Shown piece by piece: positions 1 through 9,211 of a stretch of 64,000 bases of DNA. This stretch comes from Bacteroidales bacterium (GTDB taxonomy: Bacteria > Bacteroidota > Bacteroidia > Bacteroidales > VadinHA17), in the NCBI GenBank assembly GCA_041685495.1, contig JAWLFR010000003.1, forward strand, positions 5,470-69,469, in the 5' to 3' direction. Position numbers and translations under genes: made by a program. The notes beneath the pieces are model-generated. The model was not told the origin of the DNA and did no database searches. It saw nothing but the letters and a program-made list of their open reading frames with translations. Within the stretch, counting starts at the first letter, position 1; every line of letters begins with the position of its first letter.

Positions 1-797
1 CCATTACCACCTTCCCCAAAACCTGCACCACCGCCTCCTCCGGAGTACTCCCCGACAGCTCCCCCTCCTCCTGTGTATAATGCTCCTTTGCCCTTTGCAA
101 TTGTATCAAGATAAAGAGGGGTGATGAAATTGGTAACATGGCTGGCCATACCTTCCCCTTTTCTACCGGCTATATCTGAGGACTCAGGACGATAAAACAG
201 GTCATCATCCAAAGGGGTACCATCAAGAGTGGCTGCCGGTCCTCCCTTATAGCCCTTACCTGTAACGTCAATGTCTGCGTTTAAGGTAAGTTTCTTATTC
301 ACTATAAGAGCCAGCACGCCACCGGTGCCGCTAATACTGTCCCAGGGCGCACAGCTCAGCTCGCCTGTTACTGTTGCACTCTCATATGAGGGCACTCTTA
401 TAAGCTGTACAAAACTCCCGGTATCATAATCAGAATAACCGATGAGGTTACTTCTGAATGTAATCCTTTTCGGTCCGGGTTCAACCTGGTCAATAATCAC
501 AAACTCATAATACCCCGGCTCCCCCACGTATTGAACTGCACTGCCGAAGCCGGTTGACTGGGTAACCTGTACGGAAACACCCTTCATCTGCATTACCAGC
601 ACCGTATCACCATCACTGAACCCTCCCACCTCATCAAGGATGACTGCATCCTGTGATGCAATGGTGTTTACACGGGCATAGTTATTGATAACTCCTGATA
701 TTTCCTGGGGTGATCCATAAAGGGGCATTCCTGCCATTAAGGGAATAATAAACAGAAAAATAAATAATAATATATACCTTATCAGATACCGGGTCAT
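1..797 (-). CDS. Secreted glycine-rich protein, N-terminal part (C-terminus lies beyond the window start)
   Basis: Not in the ORF track because it is edge-truncated. My own translation of the minus strand from the ATG at 797-795 gives MTRYLIRYILLFIFLFIIPLMAGMPLYGSPQEISG..., a hydrophobic signal-peptide-like N-terminus. The frame stays open to position 1 and ends in a Gly-rich stretch (GGGGAVGEYSGGGGGAGFGEGGN). No family recognised. Confidence 0.5.
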   Translation of the reverse strand, partial: MTRYLIRYILLFIFLFIIPLMAGMPLYGSPQEISGVINNYARVNTIASQDAVILDEVGGFSDGDTVLVMQMKGVSVQVTQSTGFGSAVQYVGEPGYYEFVIIDQVEPGPKRITFRSNLIGYSDYDTGSFVQLIRVPSYESATVTGELSCAPWDSISGTGGVLALIVNKKLTLNADIDVTGKGYKGGPAATLDGTPLDDDLFYRPESSDIAGRKGEGMASHVTNFITPLYLDTIAKGKGALYTGGGGAVGEYSGGGGGAGFGEGGN

Positions 798-1056
798 TAA
801 CTAATTCTTGAACAATGCTAATATAATTAATTTATCACATTAATCAAGTCAACTTAATCAGGCTATGGCATTTATTCTTTAAAAAGAATCAACTTCCCAT
901 TATACGAAGATAGCTGATATTTGTTATATGAAACAAGGCCAAACCAGGAGCATACACCCTGTTATCCTGAAAAAGAATATATTCACCGGCTTTTGCCGGG
1001 AAGGCATGATTATAAAATCCTCACAGGGCAAAGCAGTTCATTTACAGGGAAAAATT

Positions 1057-4000
1057 CTAAGCATATGAAAGGACAGGGTATTCAATATAAAAAGTTGATC
1101 CCCTGCCGGCTTTTGATTCAAACCACACTCTTCCGTTTGCTGTTTCAACCACTCTTTTAACTATTGCCAGTCCAAGGCCCATGCCTGAGGATTTGGTAGT
1201 AAAATTAGGCGCGAACAGCTTGTCTTTAAGCTCTTCAGGTATACCAACCCCATTATCCTCAACGCTGATCAGTGCTTTATCATTTTTAACCGAAAGGCTT
1301 ATTCTTATGAGCCCCTTCTTATTGCCCGGTATGGATTGCACTGCATTCCTGAATATGTTTGACAACATACTATTCATCTGTTCCTTATCAGCATAAACCA
1401 GCACCTCTTTAAGGCCGTTAAGATCAATCTCAAAATCTATATTTCTTATATCACTGTATAATTCAGCCACACTGTGAATATGTCCTACAAGGTCAGTCTC
1501 CCGCGGATTGGTCTTTGGCATCCGGGCAAAATTAGAAAATTCAGTTGCTATTGATGAGAGGTTATCAATCTGCTCTATCTGGTATTGAGTGAACTTCTTA
1601 AGACTGTCATCAAAATCCTTCGGGCTATCCTTCCACTTTTTATACAGCTGCTGCACATTAAGCTTCATTGGTGTAAGGGGATTCTTTATCTCATGAGCTA
1701 TCTGTTTAGCCATCTCCCGCCAGGCATATTCCCTTTCCGACCTTGCCAGCTTAACAGCGCTGGCCTGCAGTTCATCAAGCATCTCATTATACTGTCTTAC
1801 CAGTTCCGATATCTCATCATGGCCCCTGTACTCAAGGGGCTGGCTTTTTTCTTCAAGTTTCACCGAAGCCAGTCCCTTCTGGAGCATACGCAGGGGTGCT
1901 GTTATCCTGACCGATATAAAAGCTGCTATACTGAGAGATATAACAAGCATAATCACCGAAAAATTAATCATTGCGGCAATCAGGTTTGATGTTTCCCGGC
2001 TTATCCGGCTTTGCATATTGAAATACGGGAGATTAAGATAAGCCAGCACTTCATTACGGCTATTCACAAAAGGTGCATAAGCAGACAGGTATTCCATACT
2101 GCCTATCCTTTCCTCGTGAATAAACTGTGCTGCGCCATCATATTTCAGTCTTGACAGTGCCAGGAAATCCATTCTCTCGCTCTTAAGCTCTTTTTCAAAC
2201 ATCTCTCTCCTTGATGAAGCCATCAGTTCTCCCGAGGTATTATACAGGTTAATATCTGTCTTAAAGACATTTGAAAATTTTATCAACAACTCATCCAGAC
2301 TTGCATAACCTTCTACCTGCCAGTCATTACTCAGGGTGTCAAGCCCGGACAGCTTATGGTCCAGTTCGATATATACCGATCCCAGTTTCTCCTCAATATT
2401 CTCATAATGCTTACCATGATACTGTTTGATGCTCAGAATAACAACCACTGTTCCTATTGCAACCAGCGAGCCGAGAAGGATACCAATAAATGAAATCTGC
2501 AGCTTCTGTGTAAAATTAAGCCTCCCCGGAAAAATATTATGGGGTGGCCGAATAATAAACAGGGCAAGCAGGAAAATAATAAGACTGGCAATAAGAATGT
2601 AGGTGAAAGTTACTACTATATCCATAAAATCCACATGGTGACGTACCACCACCACTGATACTTTACCATCAGTATAAATAAAGTATTCCCTGTTACCGGA
2701 ACCTGGTACAGTAGTAAACCCCGTAGTATCATTAAGGGGCAGGGAAAGATAGTTATCAAACGGATAATCACCTGTCTGCATAACAAGCGAATCATTAATA
2801 TATTTAGCTATAGAATAATCCCCTGTATTTACCTGTTTATCATAGCCGTCATCAATCAGTAACTCGGGGTATCCTGACTGTGTATACCTTACAAGGCTGA
2901 TAAGTTCAATAAACAGTCCGTTCATTCCTCCCCCCGGTTTTTCATAGTATATACAACCCATATAATAAGGCCGCCCGGATTTATTATCAAGGAAAACAAG
3001 GTTACTGTCGCGCAGCATAACACCATTTTCCCCTATTCTTGTACGGAAAAATTCAAAACAATTCTCCACCCTGCCGGTATCATTTTCAAAGAACAATGGT
3101 GAATCATCCTCGCAAATGGTGTATATCCTGTCATAATTATCCCAGTAGCCATTGAAATATTCATTATCAAGATATGAGTAAACTGAATTTACATCATCAT
3201 GACTCAAAAAATCCTCACTCATCACTGCCTGCAAAAGGCTGTCACTTTCAAGGTCCTCCCACATATCAAGCAGCAGTCCTTCACCGTATATATCATTCTG
3301 GTTACTGTAATTGACTGTTATGACCTTGAGTTTCTCTGTCTCTTTCAGCCATGTAAGCCTGGGGATTAAATATGCCGTATAGGCGGCAGCAATAATGGCA
3401 AAGGTAACAGAAATATTTACCAGCCTGCCTCTGTCAGCCCTGAATATCCAGACCTGTAACACAAGCAGAATAAAAGCGAGTATATGTATTATTGAAGGGG
3501 CACCAAAGAGAAAATGAAGAATGTGGAGCAAGGCTGATGAAATAACTAATGCAGTCAGCAGTGTTTTTATTGACAGCCCTGAGCACAAGGATGCAAGCTT
3601 AAGGAGGTAAATGTTTAAACCGGCAATTATCAGTAATGCGGAACTTAATGTGACTACAGAAAAAATATCTATATCCAGTATCTCAAATATCCTGAAATAA
3701 ATATTTGATTCAAGAATAAGTGCATACAGCAACCTGCTGAAGATAAAGAAAATAAAAGAGGCAACAGAGAGATAAAGAATAAATATAAACAGCTTTTTTC
3801 CATGCTTTTCGCCCTCACATGCAGGACCCGGGAAATGCCGGTAAAACTCAAAGCAAGCAAAAAGGAAGAATATACTTAACAGTAATAAATGACCTGGAGA
3901 AGGAACCAGGGGTCCGGGATTGAACCTGAAGGATAAAAAAATCTCCATCCTTGTAAATATGCCAGGTTTATCCAGCAAAAGAAAAACAAGGTACAGAATA

Positions 4001-4752
4001 AGCACAGCCTGCAGTGAGGAAAGAAATGAAAGGTAGGGAAAACCTTTCTGTCCAATCCAGCCGGCAAGCCTGTCGATAAGCATCAGAAAAACAACCAGGA
4101 ATACCAACCATAATACCACCGGAAACACAGAGAGGGAGGTCAGGAAATTATCCCCACGGTCAAATTCAAGTGAAAACAGGTATTTACCCCCTGTATCATG
4201 AACGGCATAGCCTTCTTCCCTGTCTGTGCCCAGCTCTGTATCTAAATTAAGTCCAAACACGGGGTTAAAGCCTGATTCTATATATTTATTACTGATATCA
4301 TAATCCCTGTAGATATCGATCAGACAGATAAAAATATCATCCCCATGCCTCAGCCTGTTTACCAGCACCCTGTGGTTTTCCAGGCGTATAAATTTTTCAT
4401 TGAAAAGCTCCGGGTCATAAGAAGCAGGTATGGAATAATTATTCCCGGTCCAGGCTGCCAGGCTATCCCCTGCATATCTGAAAAAGGCACATATACGCTC
4501 ATCATGAGCCTCTTCATAAAATATGTCGCTATCAAACAGGCTGTCAGCCTCTGAGAGTTTCTGCAGATATTCAAGACTCTTTTTCTCAGCTTTATGTAAT
4601 TTGTTTTCAAAAAACTTTGCTTCCAGGGTGTATTTAATATCACTTTCAGAGATGATATCTGATACTACTGCCAGGATAAAAGCCGAAACCAGAACTATTA
4701 TTAACCTGCGATTAGTAATTGAAAAACTCATTTGCCAGCTCTTATTAATCAA
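1057..4752 (-). CDS. Large multi-pass membrane sensor histidine kinase (two extracytoplasmic regions, HAMP-like linker, HisKA, HATPase_c)
   Basis: 1231 aa. The C-terminus has an H-box (AHEIKNPLTPM) and N/G boxes (NAVQS, DNGVGIP, GMGLGLAIVKR). The N-terminal 900 aa contain about 12 hydrophobic helices. The TTG start at 4752 overlaps the rlmH stop; an ATG at 4731 (MSFSITN...) is an alternative start. Confidence 0.85.
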   Translation of the reverse strand: MINKSWQMSFSITNRRLIIVLVSAFILAVVSDIISESDIKYTLEAKFFENKLHKAEKKSLEYLQKLSEADSLFDSDIFYEEAHDERICAFFRYAGDSLAAWTGNNYSIPASYDPELFNEKFIRLENHRVLVNRLRHGDDIFICLIDIYRDYDISNKYIESGFNPVFGLNLDTELGTDREEGYAVHDTGGKYLFSLEFDRGDNFLTSLSVFPVVLWLVFLVVFLMLIDRLAGWIGQKGFPYLSFLSSLQAVLILYLVFLLLDKPGIFTRMEIFLSFRFNPGPLVPSPGHLLLLSIFFLFACFEFYRHFPGPACEGEKHGKKLFIFILYLSVASFIFFIFSRLLYALILESNIYFRIFEILDIDIFSVVTLSSALLIIAGLNIYLLKLASLCSGLSIKTLLTALVISSALLHILHFLFGAPSIIHILAFILLVLQVWIFRADRGRLVNISVTFAIIAAAYTAYLIPRLTWLKETEKLKVITVNYSNQNDIYGEGLLLDMWEDLESDSLLQAVMSEDFLSHDDVNSVYSYLDNEYFNGYWDNYDRIYTICEDDSPLFFENDTGRVENCFEFFRTRIGENGVMLRDSNLVFLDNKSGRPYYMGCIYYEKPGGGMNGLFIELISLVRYTQSGYPELLIDDGYDKQVNTGDYSIAKYINDSLVMQTGDYPFDNYLSLPLNDTTGFTTVPGSGNREYFIYTDGKVSVVVVRHHVDFMDIVVTFTYILIASLIIFLLALFIIRPPHNIFPGRLNFTQKLQISFIGILLGSLVAIGTVVVILSIKQYHGKHYENIEEKLGSVYIELDHKLSGLDTLSNDWQVEGYASLDELLIKFSNVFKTDINLYNTSGELMASSRREMFEKELKSERMDFLALSRLKYDGAAQFIHEERIGSMEYLSAYAPFVNSRNEVLAYLNLPYFNMQSRISRETSNLIAAMINFSVIMLVISLSIAAFISVRITAPLRMLQKGLASVKLEEKSQPLEYRGHDEISELVRQYNEMLDELQASAVKLARSEREYAWREMAKQIAHEIKNPLTPMKLNVQQLYKKWKDSPKDFDDSLKKFTQYQIEQIDNLSSIATEFSNFARMPKTNPRETDLVGHIHSVAELYSDIRNIDFEIDLNGLKEVLVYADKEQMNSMLSNIFRNAVQSIPGNKKGLIRISLSVKNDKALISVEDNGVGIPEELKDKLFAPNFTTKSSGMGLGLAIVKRVVETANGRVWFESKAGRGSTFYIEYPVLSYA

Positions 4753-5222
4753 TCATTATGATAAGGGATGCCTTTTAGTATTGCTAAAGCCCTGTATAGC
4801 TGTTCAGCGAACAATAACCGTACCAACTGGTGAGAAAAAGTCATTGCCGATAACGACAGAACCTTATCAGCCCTGTCTTTCAACTCATGATGCACACCAC
4901 CGGGGCCTCCGATAATAAACACTATTCTCCTTGGTCCTGTATTCATTGTTTTCTGTAAAAAAGTGGCGAAGTTCCTCGACCCCATGCTTTTGCCCCCCTC
5001 ATCAAGAAGTATTAGCGTATCACCTTTCCTGCAGGCAGCCAGAATCCTTTCAGCCTCTTCCTTTTTCACTACTGACACAGGTTTTTTTTGCCTGGCCTTT
5101 GATTCTGCAACTGTTTTTACCTCAAATGGCATCAGCTTTTGGATTCTTGAATGATAAACGGATAATCCATCGTTAAGATATTTATCATCTGTTTTCCCAA
5201 CCTGGAGAAGGACGATTTTCAT
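4749..5222 (-). CDS. rlmH: 23S rRNA (pseudouridine1915-N3)-methyltransferase RlmH (SPOUT)
   Basis: 157 aa. The MKIVLLQVGKT... start, the IIGGPGG motif and the C-terminal FSHQLVRLLFAEQLYRA are typical of RlmH. Confidence 0.9.
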   Translation of the reverse strand: MKIVLLQVGKTDDKYLNDGLSVYHSRIQKLMPFEVKTVAESKARQKKPVSVVKKEEAERILAACRKGDTLILLDEGGKSMGSRNFATFLQKTMNTGPRRIVFIIGGPGGVHHELKDRADKVLSLSAMTFSHQLVRLLFAEQLYRALAILKGIPYHND

Positions 5223-5353
5223 AGGCTTATAAGTTTACACACCCTGCACATAAGATCGAAGATAAAGCAATAAACTTACGAATTTAAAAAAACAATATGA
5301 AGATGCAGCAGCCCACACATTCAAATCTATTTCATGATTTAATAAATTTCGCC

Positions 5354-5361
5354 TATTTTTG
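5354..5361 (+). promoter_or_regulatory. Bacteroidota-type -7 promoter element (TATTTTTG, matches TAnnTTTG)
   Basis: Exact match to the TAnnTTTG consensus, about 30 nt upstream of the ATG at 5391. Confidence 0.35.
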
Positions 5362-5390
5362 TGTGAGCACCATTCTAAAAAATAAGTCCC

Positions 5391-5801
5391 ATGAGAATAA
5401 TAGCAGCGATAATACTATTTACTGCATCATCGGTTCTCTGTGATACATCTGCCCAGCCGGCAGATATACCTGATGAAATCACCCTTGCCTTTAAGGCAGG
5501 TAATGTTGATGTGCTTTCAAAATATTTAAACTCAACGGTGGAACTGGTTTTGCTGGATAAGGAAGATTTCTATACCAAAAAAATTGCTGAAGGCATACTG
5601 AAGGATTTTTTCCGTGATTATCCTACAATTGATTTTGTCATCAAGCATAAAGGCGGCCGGACTGAATCATCTTATGCCATAGGCAATTTAAAAACGGGCA
5701 AAGATGATTTCAGGGTGTATTTCCTGATAAAAAAGATTAACTCAAAACCACTTATTCATCAGCTTAGAATAGAGAAGGATGATAGCGGAAACGATCAATG
5801 A
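5391..5801 (+). CDS. Small secreted protein, DUF4783-like
   Basis: 136 aa with a signal peptide (MRIIAAIILFTASSVLC). Its position directly upstream of nadC is the usual Bacteroidota arrangement for DUF4783. The family assignment is from memory, not from a search. Confidence 0.55.
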   Translation: MRIIAAIILFTASSVLCDTSAQPADIPDEITLAFKAGNVDVLSKYLNSTVELVLLDKEDFYTKKIAEGILKDFFRDYPTIDFVIKHKGGRTESSYAIGNLKTGKDDFRVYFLIKKINSKPLIHQLRIEKDDSGNDQ

Positions 5802-6621
5802 TCTTATTGAACGCGCCCTGGCGGAGGATCTGGGTGAAGGTGACCACAGCTCTATAGCCTGCATACCTGACAGGGCAAGGGGTAAAGCCAGACTCATAAT
5901 CAAGGAAACAGGCATAATTGCCGGCATTGAAATAGCTTCCCGGGTTTTCAGCCTTGTTGATGAAAGGATAACTGTCAGTAATCATCTGGATGACGGTGCT
6001 GCCGTTAAACCCGGAGATACAGGCTTTATCGTTGAAGGACCGGTACGCGGCTTATTAAAGTCGGAGAGGCTTGTTCTTAACATAATGCAGAGGATGAGTG
6101 GTATAGCTACCATGACAGGCAAATATGTCAATGCTGTTAAAGGATACAGGGCAAGGATACTTGATACCCGGAAAACAACACCCGGCTTCAGGGTGCTTGA
6201 GAAAGAAGCAGTAAGACTTGGCGGAGGCCTTAATCACCGTATGGGTCTTTATGATATGATAATGCTTAAAGATAACCATATTGATTATGCCGGGGGAATC
6301 AGCAATGCAGTTAACAGGGTTAATGAATACCTCAAAGAAAAAACACTGAACCTTAAAATCGTTATTGAAACAAGATCGCTTGATGAGGTAAAACAGGTAC
6401 TGGACACAGGTATGGTTGACAGGATAATGCTTGATAATTTCAGTATAGCTGACACAAAAGAAGCTGCAGGTATGATAGCAGGGAAGTATCCTGTTGAATC
6501 TTCAGGGGGAATAAACCTGAGGACAATAAGATCTTACGCTGCCTGCGGTGTTGACTATATCTCTGTCGGCGCCCTCACCCACCAGGCTAAATGCATGGAT
6601 ATCAGCCTTAAAGCTTTATGA
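5779..6621 (+). CDS. nadC: Nicotinate-nucleotide diphosphorylase (quinolinate phosphoribosyltransferase)
   Basis: 280 aa. Contains ALAEDLGEGDHSS, ILDTRKTTPGFR, RMGLYDMIMLKDNH and a MLDNF-type C-terminal barrel. Confidence 0.9.
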   Translation: MIAETINDLIERALAEDLGEGDHSSIACIPDRARGKARLIIKETGIIAGIEIASRVFSLVDERITVSNHLDDGAAVKPGDTGFIVEGPVRGLLKSERLVLNIMQRMSGIATMTGKYVNAVKGYRARILDTRKTTPGFRVLEKEAVRLGGGLNHRMGLYDMIMLKDNHIDYAGGISNAVNRVNEYLKEKTLNLKIVIETRSLDEVKQVLDTGMVDRIMLDNFSIADTKEAAGMIAGKYPVESSGGINLRTIRSYAACGVDYISVGALTHQAKCMDISLKAL

Positions 6622-7544
6622 AGTTATTGTTCAGAAACAAACATAATACCGGTCGACTTGAATGGCTTAAAAAGCTTGTCCTGCCAGGATTTGACAGGGT
6701 TCCTATCTACGATGTTATTATTTTTTTTATACGGGGATTCAGAAAAGGAGCGCTGGTAACAAGAGCATCAGCCATTGCCTTTAACCTGCTGCTCAGCCTT
6801 GTTCCGGCAACCTTCTTTCTCTTTACCCTTATACCATATATCCCCATCCCTAATTTCCAGAATGAAGTAATCTTACTTTTTGAAAGCATAATGCCGGAAA
6901 GGGCCAATGACTATTTCAAACAGAGTATTGTTGAAGCTATTACCAACCGCAGTGATGCCTTCCTTATAATCATGTTTCTTGCCTCTGCCATAATGTCCAC
7001 AAACGGCATTCATGCTCTTATCAATGCTTTTGTTGTATCGGATCATAAATTTGAAACCAGGAGCTGGATAGCACAGAGGAAGATTGCTTTTTTCCTCTTT
7101 TTCATCATAGGCCTGCTTATCACCATCTCGGCCATACTTCTTATCTTCGGCAGGTCAGCAGTGGAGAGGCTGGTACAGAATAATATTATTGAAAGCAGTA
7201 TTGTTTTTTATATCCTGCTTATCTCCAAATGGGTGGTTATAATAAGCCTGCTGTTCCTTGCTATATCATTCCTTTACTACCTTGCCCCGTCAAGGAAGGC
7301 CAGGTTCAGGTTTATCTCGGCCGGATCTTCCCTTGCCACACTGCTTTTTATTTCCACCTCACTGGGATTTTCTGCCTATGTGAATAATTTTGACCAGTAC
7401 AATAAGCTGTACGGCTCAATGGGAACGGTGCTTGTAATACTGTTATGGCTCTATCTCAATTCCATAACCCTCCTAACCGGTTTCGAGCTGAATGCCAGTA
7501 TTAAGACAGCCAATTCAAATAACTCCGGGAACGGAGACAGCTAA
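6618..7544 (+). CDS. YihY/BrkB (virulence factor BrkB / RNase BN-like) family membrane protein
   Basis: 308 aa with about 6 TM helices. The N-terminal RASAIAFNLLLSLVP motif and C-terminal YGSMGTVLVILLWLYL motif are characteristic. The ATGA start overlaps the nadC stop. Confidence 0.8.
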   Translation: MKLLFRNKHNTGRLEWLKKLVLPGFDRVPIYDVIIFFIRGFRKGALVTRASAIAFNLLLSLVPATFFLFTLIPYIPIPNFQNEVILLFESIMPERANDYFKQSIVEAITNRSDAFLIIMFLASAIMSTNGIHALINAFVVSDHKFETRSWIAQRKIAFFLFFIIGLLITISAILLIFGRSAVERLVQNNIIESSIVFYILLISKWVVIISLLFLAISFLYYLAPSRKARFRFISAGSSLATLLFISTSLGFSAYVNNFDQYNKLYGSMGTVLVILLWLYLNSITLLTGFELNASIKTANSNNSGNGDS

Positions 7545-9046
7545 CTGCAATGCAGAAACTCATTTACAAGCTCTGCCAGCTCATCATGTTTTCCGTAAAG
7601 CCTTTCACTCAGATCCTTATCGTCATACGACTTAAGCCTTTTTATTATATTATCTATCAATCCTGCAGGAAAAACATTATCCTTCTCATAGCTGGCTCTT
7701 TGTTTTTCCAGGTTCTCAGCCGACTCCCAGCATGATGCGGGTAAGAGCTTCAACCTGTCCCTGAAGGATTTATTCTCATCTGCAAACAGGTTGCCGGAAA
7801 CATACAGATCATTTGCATATTCAAGGCCATTATCCATCTCAAGGCCATGCTCAATAGCCGTAACCAGTCCGGCCATTAAAAGATAAAGGTCAGCTGATCC
7901 GTCAGGAGCCCTGAATTCAACTGTCTGCTTACTGTCAGAAAAACCAGCTTCGCTTTTCTCCTGCGGGTTCGCATCTGAGATCATATTACCGGTGCCCGTC
8001 CACCCCAGTGGCACTCTTACCAGCACCGACCTGTTCCTGTCGCCCCAGCAAATATTCGTAGGGGCCTCCTGGTGTGGAACCAGACGCAGATACGAGGTGG
8101 GGATTGTATTACCAAAGGCAGTGAGCGAAGCTGAAAGATCAAGTATCCCGGCAATCATCCGCCTTGCTGTAGTGCTTATCTCTCCATCTTCCAACATTAT
8201 GTTCTTACCATCCTTCTCGAGCATCATATGTATATGAAGTCCATTACCGGCCTTGCCTACCGTGATCTTGGGTGCAAAACTGATCTCCACCCCATGTTCA
8301 TAAGCCAGCATCCTGAGTATCCACTTACATATAACCATCTGTTCCACTGCAACATCCACATCTGTAGGCAGGAATTCTATTTCATGCTGCTCATAATTCT
8401 CTCCCTCGCTTGTGAAACTGCCAACCTCTGAATGCCCGTATTTGATGTTACAACCTGCTCCTGCACAAAGGTCAAGGGCTTCTAAACGCAGCGCTTCAAA
8501 CTTGGCAAAAGGCATGGTCTGGTGATATCCTTTCTGGTCGAAAACAGGATAGAGGTCATCTTCTTCCGACTTAACATAATATTCCAGTTCACCCAGTGCT
8601 TTCATTGTTAATCCCGACTTTGACACAAAGCGATTATAGGCCTTTTTCAATATGTTCTCGGGAGCGCTTTCCAGTGGTTTCCCCTTATAATCATAAAATG
8701 AGCACATAATATCGAGGGCAGGCTGTTCCGTGAAAGGATTCACGAATGCAGTGCGGTAACGGGGTATAACATAAAGATCACTTGACCCGGCTCCTACAAA
8801 AGAAAAAAGGCTTGAACCATCAACCCGCTCCCCTTCTGACAAAAGTGACTCCAGGTGCCGGCGACTGGACAAAACAAAATTCAGAGTCTTGAGTTTTCCG
8901 TCTTCAGCCACATAGCGGAAGTTTACCATCTCTATCCCCCGAGCTTCAATAAACCTGATAATATCAGCCTTTGTAAACTGATCTGCAGGCTTTTTCAAAA
9001 ATTGCACAAGCTCATTCGGGTTCATTAATATTTCATTATCTATCAT
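7541..9046 (-). CDS. glnA: Glutamine synthetase, about 500-aa form
   Basis: 501 aa. It has an N-terminal beta-grasp region and a catalytic domain with HSEVG, GNGLHIHM and NICWGDRNRS(V)LVRVP motifs. Confidence 0.85.
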   Translation of the reverse strand: MIDNEILMNPNELVQFLKKPADQFTKADIIRFIEARGIEMVNFRYVAEDGKLKTLNFVLSSRRHLESLLSEGERVDGSSLFSFVGAGSSDLYVIPRYRTAFVNPFTEQPALDIMCSFYDYKGKPLESAPENILKKAYNRFVSKSGLTMKALGELEYYVKSEEDDLYPVFDQKGYHQTMPFAKFEALRLEALDLCAGAGCNIKYGHSEVGSFTSEGENYEQHEIEFLPTDVDVAVEQMVICKWILRMLAYEHGVEISFAPKITVGKAGNGLHIHMMLEKDGKNIMLEDGEISTTARRMIAGILDLSASLTAFGNTIPTSYLRLVPHQEAPTNICWGDRNRSVLVRVPLGWTGTGNMISDANPQEKSEAGFSDSKQTVEFRAPDGSADLYLLMAGLVTAIEHGLEMDNGLEYANDLYVSGNLFADENKSFRDRLKLLPASCWESAENLEKQRASYEKDNVFPAGLIDNIIKRLKSYDDKDLSERLYGKHDELAELVNEFLHCS

Positions 9047-9183
9047 ATAACATATTTTATTGGGTACATTAAGGCATCAAATATAAAAATTTAGTCTGTC
9101 GCAACAAATAAGATAAATCAGCATTAAGTACATATATTAACATAATATACAGGGCAGGGAATAGCCCGGTATGAGAATTTTAC

Positions 9184-9191
9184 TATTTTTG
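9184..9191 (+). promoter_or_regulatory. Bacteroidota-type -7 promoter element (TATTTTTG)
   Basis: Exact TAnnTTTG match, 21 nt upstream of the ATG at 9212. Confidence 0.35.
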
Positions 9192-9211
9192 GAGATTAAA
9201 GTCAGGCAAGC

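Noticed and set aside
921-1160. A 79-aa plus-strand ORF spanning the gap downstream of the large histidine kinase.
   Set aside because: It overlaps the kinase's 3' end and has no signal, motif or promoter. The region is better explained as a 3' terminator region (CCGGC-tttt-GCCGG hairpin at 986-999) plus the promoter region of the Gly-rich protein gene.
6721-6728. A T8 homopolymer inside the yihY/brkB-family gene, and a similar T8 at about 18746-18753 in trkH, as possible slipped-strand phase-variation sites.
   Set aside because: The tracts are short and encode ordinary Phe/Lys codons in frame. Neither gene belongs to a typically phase-variable class.
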